Positions 40,988-51,957 of a stretch of DNA of 64,000 nt are shown piece by piece. The position numbers and the translations under genes are program-made. Under the pieces are notes generated by a model that was not told the origin of the DNA, did no database searches, and worked only from the letters and a program-made list of their open reading frames with translations. Origin of the DNA: Eledone cirrhosa (Eukaryota); assembly GCA_964016885.1 (NCBI GenBank), contig OZ024765.1, positions 6,820,001-6,884,000 of the forward strand, written 5' to 3'. The first letter of the stretch is position 1, and each line of letters opens with the position of its first letter.

Positions 40988-41337
40988 GGAGGCACATGGC
41001 TTAGTGGTTAGAGCATTGGCCTTGCAATCGAAAGGTTGTGAGTTCAATTCTCAGACCGGGTGATGTGTTGTTTCCTTGAGCAAGACACTTTATTTCACAT
41101 TGCTCCAGTTTACTCAGCTGTAGAAATGAGATGATAGGGACTGGGGTCCATATCATTCCACTGCAAAGTGGTCGTGCAGGTGCCACGGCAAAAAAGCACC
41201 CAGCACTCACTGTAAATGAGGTTGGTGTTAGGAAGGGCATCCAGCAGTAGAAATCAAGCCAAAATCAGTTCCCGTCCCACCCTTGCAAGCAGGGAAAAAG
41301 CGGACGTAAACTGAAATGAAATGATGATGAAATGATG
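40988..41337 (+). mobile_element. SINE family A
   Basis: Near-identical copy. Confidence 0.9.
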
Positions 41338-41829
41338 TGCGTGTGTGTGTGTCTGTTGAATAATGAAAACAAAGGTCGAAATTTAGTGCTTAGACGAATC
41401 AGTTTTACGATTGTTTGACCATGATAAATCGATACGGCGACTTCGTTCTGTCCATAAACAACAAGAAAGCGCTACATTAGCTTTCAAGGTCCAATTATGA
41501 CCATCTCCTCTGACTGTGCACGGTGGTGCAGAATGTGTAGATTGCCGAGGCCACAATTTTCATCGCTACTCTACGTATTTACCACCACTGAGCACTATCA
41601 GATTTCACTTAAACATCTGGCACACTGAATTGGCTGATTTTAACTTTCACTTCATTAGAGGTTGGAAAAGTGACTACATAACTTGAGCAAATGGCAGTCA
41701 AATTCTATGTCAGTGCAACTGATCAGTTAATCCTTTCTCATATATATAATCACATGTAACTGTTAAAAAAACAGCAGCAATTTTTTTGCATTCTGGCAAA
41801 GTTGTAGTGCTGGATGATTGGCATAAAAC

Positions 41830-42516
41830 ACCCAGTCAACTGTCAGGTGATGGTGCTGGTGTTGTGATAGAATGCACATAGTACACTCTGTCATGTGCTA
41901 GTACTGGTGCCATGATAAAAAGCACCCAGTCAACTCTGTAAAGTGGTAGTGCTGGTGCCATGATAAAAAGCACCCAGTCTACTCTGTAAAGTGGTAGTGC
42001 TTGTGCCATGATAAAAAGCACCCAGTCTACTCTGTAAAGAGGTAGTACTGGTGCCATGATAAAAAGCACCCAGTCTACTCTGTAAAGTGGTAGTGCTTGT
42101 GCCATGATAAAAAGCACCCAGTCTACTCTGTAAAGTGGTAGTGCTTGTGCTATGATAAAAAGCACCCAGTCTACTCTGTCATGTGCTAGTACTGGTGCCA
42201 TGATAAAAAGCACCCAGTCTACTCTGTAAAGTGGTAGTGCTTGTGCCATGATAAAAAGCACCCAGTCTACTCTGTAAAGTGGTAGTGCTGGTGCCATGAT
42301 AAAAAGCACCCAGTCTACTCTGTAAAGTGGTAGTACTGGTGCCATGATAAAAAGCACCCAGTCTACTCTGTAAAGTGGTAGTGCTTGTGCTATGATAAAA
42401 AGCACCCAGTCTACTCTGTAAAGTGGTAGTGCTGGTGCCATGATAAAAAGCACCCAGTCTACTCTGTAAAGTGGTAGTGCTTGTGCCATGATAAAAAGCA
42501 CCCAGTACACTCTGTC
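41830..42516. repeat. 48-bp minisatellite (~14 units)
   Basis: ATAAAAAGCACCCAGTCTACTCTGTAAAGTGGTAGTGCTGGTGCCATG. Confidence 0.95.
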
Positions 42517-42527
42517 AAGTAAAATAT

Positions 42528-42978
42528 CATCATCATCTGGCAGCCTCAGCCAAAATGGACTCAACAATTGATCTCCACGTGGGTCTGTCGTTCATTGCCG
42601 TTGCCATGTCCCGGATTTCAATACCAGAATCTCTGGAGATGACATCGGGATAGCAGAGCTTGTGCCCCCTGTTATTAGTGACTGATTGTGGTTCCCAAAG
42701 TACTAGTGGGAAAGATTTTGCCACCAGAAAGGCCCAAGCATGGGCAGCTTACAACAAGATGGATCGAGGTTGGCACTCAAATCTTCCCAACCACACCAAG
42801 ATCAAACTCTTCCAAGTAACAATTCAACCAATCTTGCTATATGGAAGTGAAACATGGACGCTTTCATCCAATCAACAAATGCGCCTTGATGGCACTTACA
42901 CTTGCCTACTTCGATGCATTCAGAACATAAGCTGGCGACATCTGACTTTGAAAGAAATATATGCCCACCTCCCACACA
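42528..42978. mobile_element. RTE-like LINE insertion with inverted 5' part
   Basis: Plus strand: ILLYGSETWTL...RLDGTYT. Minus strand: LVLWEP...YPDVISRD plus (ATG)n tail. TAAAATAT lies on both flanks. Confidence 0.75.
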
Positions 42979-43120
42979 TAAAATATACTGAAGCGAAAAC
43001 CAAACCAAGCCAAACCAAACAATGAGTGTGTTTTACTATATATTTCTGGCAATATTATGATATGACCCTCCCCAAATATAACAATATTTATTCCTTTGTA
43101 TGTTTCATCTCCTCTAGAAA

Positions 43121-43279
43121 ATGATGTGGCCACTGATTGCTGTTCTGCTCTTGTCCACCGTCCAAGCAGGAAAACTATACTACAACCCGGGTCACAGTAC
43201 TGTGTGCCCTGAAGGTTTCTGCACATATGGAACATGTTGTAAAGATCACAGTGACCTAAAATGCTGTTCCATTAAAAAT
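43121..43279 (+). CDS. GRN: Granulin coding exon 1 (signal peptide plus N-half of module 1)
   Basis: [16 protein letters not shown] hydrophobic leader, [25 protein letters not shown], acceptor at 43116-43117, GTAAGT donor. Confidence 0.88.
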
Positions 43280-46200
43280 GTAAGTTCCTTTTCATACAGT
43301 GGAGAGAAATGGTGCAAGATGGTTCGGTCGTGTGTTGAGGAAGGCTGATAGTGACAGGGGAAGGAGGAAGAGAGCCAGTGATGAATGTTGAGATGGTTCG
43401 GTCAAGTGTTGAGGAAGGCTGATAGTGACAGGGGAAGGAGAAATAGAGCCATTGATGAATGTTGAGATGGTTCGGTCATGTGTTGAGGAAGGCTGATAGT
43501 GACAGGGGAAGGAGGAAGAGAGCCAGTGATGAATGTTGAGATGGTTCGGTCAAGTGTTGAGGAAGGTTGATAGTGACAGGGGAAGGAGGAAGAGAGCCAG
43601 TGATGAATGTTGAGATGGTTCGGTCGTGTGTTGAGGAAGGCTGATAGTGACAGGGGAAGGAGGAAGAGAGCCAGTGATGAATGTTGAGATGGTTCGGTCA
43701 TGTGTTGAGGAAGGCTGATAGTGACAGGGGAAGGAGGAAGAGAGCCAGTGATGAATGTTGAGATGGTTCGGTCATGTGTTGAGGAAGGCTGATAGTGACA
43801 GGGGAAGGAGGAAGAGAGCCAGTGATGAATGTTGAGATGGTTCGGTCAAGTGTTGAGGAAGGCTCATAGTGACAGAGGAAGGAGGAAGAGAGCCAGTGAT
43901 GAATGTTGAGATGGTTCGGTCATGTGTTGAGGAAGGCTGATAGTGACAGGAGACATAGAGCCAGTGATGAATGTTGAGATGGTTCGGTCATGTGTTGAGG
44001 AAGGCTGATAGTGACAGGGGAAGGAGGAAGAGAGCCAGTGATGAATGTTGAGATGGTTCGGTCATGTGTTGAGGAAGGCTGATAGTGACAGAGGAAGGAG
44101 GAAGAGAGCCAGTGATGAATGTTGAGATGGTTCGGTCATGTGTTGAGGAAGGCTGATAGTGACAGAGGAAGGAGGAAGAGAGCCAGTGATGAATGTTGAG
44201 ATGGTTCGGTCAAGTGTTGAGGAAGGCTGATAGTGATAGGGGAAGGAGAAAGAGAGCCAGTGATGAATGTTGAGATGGTTCGGTCATGTGTTGAGGAAGG
44301 CTGATAGTGACAGGGGAAGGAGGAAGAGAGCCAGTGATGAATGTTGAGATGGTTCGGTCATGTGTTGAGGAAGGCTGATAGTGACAGAGGAAGGAGGAAG
44401 AGAGCCAGTGATGAATGTTGAGATGGTTCGGTCATGTGTTGAGGAAGGCTGATAGTGACAGGGGAAGGAGAAAGAGAGCCAGTGATGAATGTTGAGATGG
44501 TTCGGTCATGTGTTGAGGAAGGCTGATAGTGACAGGGGAAGGAGGAAGAGAGCCAGTGATGAATGTTGAGATGGTTCGGTCAAGTGTTGAGGAAGGCTGA
44601 TAGTGATAGGGGAAGGAGAAAGAGAGCCAGTGATGAATGTTGAGATGGTTCGGTCATGTGTTGAGGAAGGCTGATAGTGACAGGGGAAGGAGAAAGAGAG
44701 CCAGTGATGAATGTTGAGATGGTTCGGTCATGTGTTGAGGAAGGCTGATAGTGACAGGAGACATAGAGCCAGTGATGAATGTTGAGATGGTTCGGTCATG
44801 TGTTGAGGAAGGCTGATAGTGACAGGGGAAGGAGAAAGAGAGCCAGTGATGAATGTTGAGATGGTTCGGTCAAGTGTTGAGGAAGGCTGATAGTGACAGG
44901 GGAAGGAGGAAGAGAGCCAGTGATGAATGTTGAGATGGTTCGGTCATGTGTTGAGGAAGGCTGATAGTGACAGGGGAAGGAGGAAGAGAGCCAGTGATGA
45001 ATGTTGAGATGGTTCGGTCAAGTGTTGAGGAAGGCTGATAGTGACAGGGGAAGGAGGAAGAGAGCCAGTGATGAATGTTGAGATGGTTCGGTCATGTGTT
45101 GAAGGCTGATAGTGACAGGGGAAGGAGGAAGAGAGCCAGTGATGAATATTGAGATGGTTCGGTCATGTGTTGAGGAGGGCTGATAGTGACAGGGGAAGGA
45201 GGAAGAGAGCCAGTGATGAATGTTGAGATGGTTCGGTCATGTGTTGAGGAAGGCTGATAGTGACAGGGGAAGGAGGAAGAGAGCCAGTGATGAATGTTGA
45301 GATGGTTCGGTCATGTGTTGAGGAAGGTTGATAGTGACAGGGGAAGGAGGAAGAGAGCCAGTGATGAATGTTGAGATGGTTCGGTCATGTGTTGAGGAAG
45401 GCTGATAGTGACAGGGGAAGGAGGAAGAGAGCCAGTGATGAATGTTGAGATGGTTCGGTCATGTGTTGAGGAAGGCTGATAGTGACAGGGGAAGGAGGAA
45501 GAGAGCCAGTGATGAATGTTGAGATGGTTCGGTCGTGTGTTGAGGAAGGCTGATAGTGACAGGGGAAGGAGGAAGAGAGCCAGTGTTGAATGTTGAGATG
45601 GTTCGGTCAAGTGTTGAGGAAGGCTGATAGTGACAGGGGAAGGAGGAAGAGAGCCAGTGATGAATGTTGAGATGGTTCGGTCAAGTGTTGAGGAAGGCTG
45701 ATAGTGACAGGGGAAGGAGGAAGAGAGCCAGTGATGAATGTTGAGATGGTTCGGTCATGTGTTGAGGAAGGAGGAAGAGAGCCAGTGATGAATGTTGAGA
45801 TGGTTCGGTCAAGTGTTGAGGAAGGCTGATAGTGACAGGGGAAGGAGGAAGAGAGCCAGTGATGAATGTTGAGATGGTTCGGTCATGTGTTGAGGAAGGA
45901 GGAAGAGAGCCAGTGATGAATGTTGAGATGGTTCGGTCAAGTGTTGAGGAAGGCTGATAGTGACAGGGGAAGGAGGAAGAGAGCCAGTGTTGAATGTTGA
46001 GATGGTTCGGTCAAGTGTTGAGGAAGGCTGATAGTGACAGGGGAAGGAGGAAGAGAGCCAGTGATGAATGTTGAGATGGTTCGGTCAAGTGTTGAGGAAG
46101 GCTGATAGTGACAGGGGAAGGAGGAAGAGAGCCAGTGATGAATGTTGAGATGGTTCGGTCATGTGTTGAGGAAGGAGGAAGAGAGCCAGTGATGAATGTT

Positions 46201-49200
46201 GAGATGGTTCGGTCATGTGTTGAGGAAGGCTGATAGTGACAGGGGAAGGAGGAAGAGAGCCAGTGATGAATGTTGAGATGGTTCGGTCATGTGTTGAGGA
46301 AGGCTGATAGTGACAGGGGAAGGAGGAAGAGAGCCAGTGATGAATGTTGAGATGGTTCGGTCATGTGTTGAGGAAGGCTGATAGTGACAGGGGAAGGAGG
46401 AAGAGAGCCAGTGATGAATGTTGAGATGGTTCGGTCATGTGTTGAGGAAGGCTGATAGTGACAGGGGAAGGAGGAAGAGAGCCAGTGATGAATGTTGAGA
46501 TGGTTCGGTCAAGTGTTGAGGAAGGCTGATAGTGACAGGGGAAGGAGGAAGAGAGCCAGTGTTGAATGTTGAGATGGTTCGGTCAAGTGTTGAGGAAGGC
46601 TGATAGTGACAGGGGAAGGAGGAAGAGAGCCAGTGATGAATGTTGAGATGGTTCGGTCAAGTGTTGAGGAAGGCTGATAGTGACAGGGGAAGGAGGAAGA
46701 GAGCCAGTGATGAATGTTGAGATGGTTCGGTCATGTGTTGAGGAAGGCTGATAGTGACAGGGGAAGGAGGAAGAGAGCCAGTGATGAATGTTGAGATGGT
46801 TCGGTCATGTGTTGAGGAAGGCTGATAGTGACAGGGGAAGGAGGAAGAGAGCCAGTGATGAATGTTGAGATGGTTCGGTCAAGTGTTGAGGAAGGCTGAT
46901 AGTGACAGGGGAAGGAGGAAGAGAGCCAGTGTTGAATGTTGAGATGGTTCGGTCAAGTGTTGAGGAAGGAGGAAGAGAGCCAGTGATGAATGTTGAGATG
47001 GTTCGGTCATGTGTTGAGGAAGGCTGATAGTGACAGGGGAAGGAGGAAGAGAGCCAGTGATGAATGTTGAGATGGTTCGGTCAAGTGTTGAGGAAGGCTG
47101 ATAGTGACAGGGGAAGGAGGAAGAGAGCCAGTGATGAATGTTGAGATGGTTCGGTCATGTGTTGAGGAAGGCTGATAGTGACAGGGGAAGGAGGAAGAGA
47201 GCCAGTGATGAATGTTGAGATGGTTCGGTCAAGTGTTGAGGAAGGCTGATAGTGACAGGGGAAGGAGGAAGAGAGCCAGTGATGAATGTTGAGATGGTTC
47301 GGTCAAGTGTTGAGGAAGGAGGAAGAGAGCCAGTGATGAATGTTGAGATGGTTCGGTCATGTGTTGAGGAGGGCTGATAGTGACAGGGGAAGGAGGAAGA
47401 GAGCCAGTGATGAATGTTGAGATGGTTCGGTCATGTGTTGAGGAAGGCTGATAGTGACAGGGGAAGGAGGAAGAGAGCCAGTGATGAATGTTGAGATGGT
47501 TCGGTCATGTGTTGAGGAAGGCTGATAGTGACAGGGGAAGGAGGAAGAGAGCCAGTGATGAATGTTGAGATGGTTCGGTCATGTGTTGAGGAAGGCTGAT
47601 AGTGACAGGGGAAGGAGGAAGAGAGCCAGTGATGAATGTTGAGATGGTTCGGTCAAGTGTTGAGGAAGGCTGATAGTGACAGGGGAAGGAGGAAGAGAGC
47701 CAGTGATGAATGTTGAGATGGTTCGGTCAAGTGTTGAGGAAGGCTGATAGTGACGGGAAGGAGGAAGAGAGCCAGTGATGAATGTTGAGATGGTTCGGTC
47801 ATGTGTTGAGGAAGGCTGATAGTGACAGGGGAAGGAGGAAGAGAGCCAGTGATGAATGTTGAGATGGTTCGGTCAAGTGTTGAGGAAGGCTGATAGTGAC
47901 AGGGGAAGGAGGAAGAGAGCCAGTGATGAATGTTGAGATGGTTCGGTCATGTGTTGAGGAAGGCTGATAGTGACAGGGGAAGGAGGAAGAGAGCCAGTGA
48001 TGAATGTTGAGATGGTTCGGTCATGTGTTGAGGAAGGTTGATAGTGACAGGGGAAGGAGGAAGAGAGCCAGTGATGAATGTTGAGATGGTTCGGTCAAGT
48101 GTTGAGGAAGGAGGAAGAGAGCCAGTGATGAATGTTGAGATGGTTCAGTCATGTGTTGAAGGCTGATAGTGACAGGGGAAGGAGAAATAGAGCCAGTGAT
48201 GAATGTTGAGATGGTTCGGTCATGTGTTGAGGAAGGCTGATAGTGACAGGGGAAGGAGAAATAGAGCCAGTGATGAATGTTGTGAAGAGAAATTGAATGA
48301 GATGGCTGGGTCATGTGTTGAGGAAGGATGATAGTGACTGGGTGAGAGGAATAGAGCCATTGATGAGGAAATACCAGTAAGTCAGGGGGTTGTTGAAAGG
48401 GCAATACAATTAATTAAGTAAAGCTTGCCATGGGGTCAGTAAGGCTGACCCCTGCTTTAACTCTTTAGCATTTAAACCGGCTGTATCTGGCCAGAATTCT
48501 CTCACCTATTTCTGTTCAAATCGGCCATAACCGGCTGCTTATACTTATGTTAAAGTATTGTTCTCAAAATAAATAATATCAAAATCCCATAGTTCGATAT
48601 GTGAGATAATTATGTAAGATAAAGCCTTTACCACAAAAATACAATATTAAATATGGAGTAATGCAAATGCTAAAGGGTTAATGGGGAGGATGCATGCATG
48701 ATTCTGTAACTCCGAGGGCTGTCATAGGAGCGCCATATTGACATATGGTGTTTCTAGAGCATTTTTAAGCCTGTCGGAGCAGAATCCTTTCCAGGTTTCA
48801 ATGCAGCAGATTTCTTTCAAAGATATAGAGGAACAATTGACCCCAGTACTAGACTGGTACTTTTTTTATCGACCTTGAATTTGAAGTTATGAACTGTTAG
48901 AAAAGAGTTCATAACTTTGAAGTTATGAGCTGTTACAAAAGAGTTCATAACTTCGAAGTTATGAACTGTTACAAAAGAGTTCAAAACTTTGAAGTTATGA
49001 ACTGTTGGAAAAGAGTTCATAACTTTGAAGTTATGAACTGTTACAAAAGAGTTCATAACTTTGAAGTTATGAACTGTTACAAAAGAGTTCAAAACTTTGA
49101 AGTTATGAACTGTTGGAAAAGAGTTCATAACTTTGAAGTTATGAACTGTTGGAAAAGAGTTTATAACTTTGAAGTTATGAACTGTTACAAAAGAGTTCAT

Positions 49201-50875
49201 AACTTTGAAGTTATGAACTGTTACAAAAGAGTTCATAACTTTGAAGTTATGAACTGTTGGAAAAGAGTTTATAACTTTGAAGTTATGAACTTTTGGAAAA
49301 GAGTTCATAACTTTGAAGTTATGAACTGTTACAAAAGAGTTCATAACTTTGAAGTTATGAACTGTTACAAAAGAGTTCATAACTTTGAAGTTATGAACTG
49401 TTGGAAAAGAGTTTATAACTTTGAAGTTATGAACTTTTGGAAAAGAGTTCATAACTTTGAAGTTATGAACTGTTACAAAAGAGTTCATAACTTTGAAGTT
49501 ATAAACTTTTGGAAAAGAGTTCATAACTTTGAAGTTATGAACTGTTACAAAAGAGTTCATAACTTTGAAGTTATGAACTGTTGGAAAAGAGTTTATAACT
49601 TTGAAGTTATGAACTGTTACAAAAGAGTTCATAACTTTGAAGTTATGAACTGTTACAAAAGAGTTCATAACTTTGAAGTTATGAACTGTTACAAAAGAGT
49701 TCATAACTTTGAAGTTATGAACTGTTGGAAAAGAGTTCATAACTTTGAAGTTATGAACTGTTACAAAAGAGTTCATAACTTTGAAGTTATGAACTGTTGG
49801 AAAAGAGTTTATAACTTTGAAGTTATGAACTTTTGGAAAAGAGTTTATAACTTTGAAGTTATGAACTGTTACAAAAGAGTTCATAACTTTGAAGTTATGA
49901 ACTGTTGGAAAAGAGTTTATAACTTTGAAGTTATGAACTGTTACAAAAGAGTTCATAACTTTGAAGTTATGAACTGTTGGAAAAGAGTTTATAACTTTGA
50001 AGTTAGGAACTGTTGGAAAAGAGTTTATAACTTTGAAGTTAGGAACTGTTACAAAAGAGTTCATAACTTTGAAGTTAGGAACTGTTGGAAAAGAGTTCAT
50101 AACTTTGAAGTTAGGAACTGTTGGATAAGAGTTTATAACTTTGAAGTTGGGAACTGTTGGGAACGAGTTCAAACATGTTAGGATGATTTATCTCATTTGT
50201 GGCACTGGAATACATACATGTTAGGACAAGTTATGTTGTCTAGGGTACTGAAGAGGTTAATGGGAAGGTAATTACTATTATTTTTCTATGTATTTCATAT
50301 AGTAATGTTCTACTTTCTTACTGCAGGCTGTCTGTTGCTCTGACAATCTCCACTGCTGCCCCCTGGGCACTACCTGTGATATTCAGAAAAGTGAATGTAT
50401 AGAGAATGGCCTTAAGAAGGAATGGTACAATACTACTTCTGCAGCAAATCACTTCCAGGTAGCTACTAACATCATCATCATCATCATCATCATAGCATCA
50501 TACCAGCATCATACCATTGCTATCATCATCATCAACAGCATCATGCCACCACCACCACCATCACCATCATCATCACCATCATCACCATCACCACCATCAC
50601 CAACACCACCACCTCCACCATCATCATCACCAGCATGCTTGCATGGGTTGGACTGATGGCCACTTTCTAAAACTGGACAGGTCTGACACCAGATTTTGCC
50701 CCTGCGTTCCATTCCGTTATGGTTTATGGCTGAAAGCTCTTTCTAGTGAAACTGCTTTACAGAGTGTATTGGGTGCATTTTATTATTGCATGACAACTAC
50801 CACCTTACAGGGTGAATTGGGGTATTTTACCATAGCACCACCACTACCACTTTACAGAGTGTGCTGTACTGGGTG

Positions 50876-50915
<40 letters not shown>

Positions 50916-51916
50916 TACAACTCATCTAACCCATACTAGCGTGGAAAAATGATTATATATACTAGCAGAAAAACCACCCTTTGGGTGGTTTTCTGCTAGC
51001 ATGTGTAGTGTGTATATTGATATACGCAGGTATATATACATATGATGCATCAAATAAAATCGTAATTGACAATATACACAGAAATTGAACGAAGACTGTG
51101 TTACACTGTCTTATGTAATCAGTAAAGTAATCCATGATACATTAAAAAAGACGATATTATATATAAACTGCATTAGGAGAAAATAGTGTTGACATTTGAA
51201 AATTTTAAAGAAGTGAATCTTTAAATAAGCAATAAAATATATTTAATCAAAAAGTACAAAATTTAGCAGATAAATTATGTAATATCCATTCATTATTTAT
51301 TCAAAGGGCGGTGGATTGGCAGTATCAGTAGAGGGTCGGACGCCATGCTTTCCAGCATAGTTACGTACTGAGTTCAAATCCCGCCGAGGTTGAGTTTGCC
51401 TTTCATCCTTACGGGGTCGATAAAATAAAGTACCAGTAATGCACTGGGTAATTGCTGGCCTTGTGCCTAAAGTAGAAACAATTATTTATTCAAAGTAATC
51501 CAACTTATTTTACAAACGGAAAAAAATATATTCTGGACGCAGTCCCGCAACACTTTCTTTACTATAGTTTAGATTTATATATGTGTATATATATATATCA
51601 TCATCATTTAACATCCATTTTCTACGCTAACAAGTGGAGGACATGTTGTCCTGTTGTGAGACATCCAAGTCTGAGGACTGTTTTGCTCACACAACTGATT
51701 TTGGCTTGGTTTCCTCAGCTGGATACCCTTCCAAATGCCAACCACATTTACAGTGTGTACTGGGTGCCTTTTGGGGATCTGGCTGGTCCCATATGAGGGA
51801 GGTCTGGCCATTTGGTTGCACCAAACCTTACTCATAGTGGGGCCCCAAGTGATGCCGTTATGGAGAGGGTGTGGCCAGTTGGCCGTGCCTTACCCTGCGC
51901 ACATAATATATATACA

Positions 51917-51957
<41 letters not shown>

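Noticed and set aside
48817-50181. Overlapping 451-aa and 418-aa ORFs; CRISPR-like look; resemblance of ATAACTTCG/GAAGTTAT to loxP arm ends
   Set aside because: The ORFs follow from the 36-bp period. Linkers are 10 bp with only about 3 variants, there are no cas genes and the context is eukaryotic. The loxP inner arms and spacer are absent.
50470-50635. Poly-His ORF
   Set aside because: (CAT/CAC)n microsatellite just inside granulin intron 2
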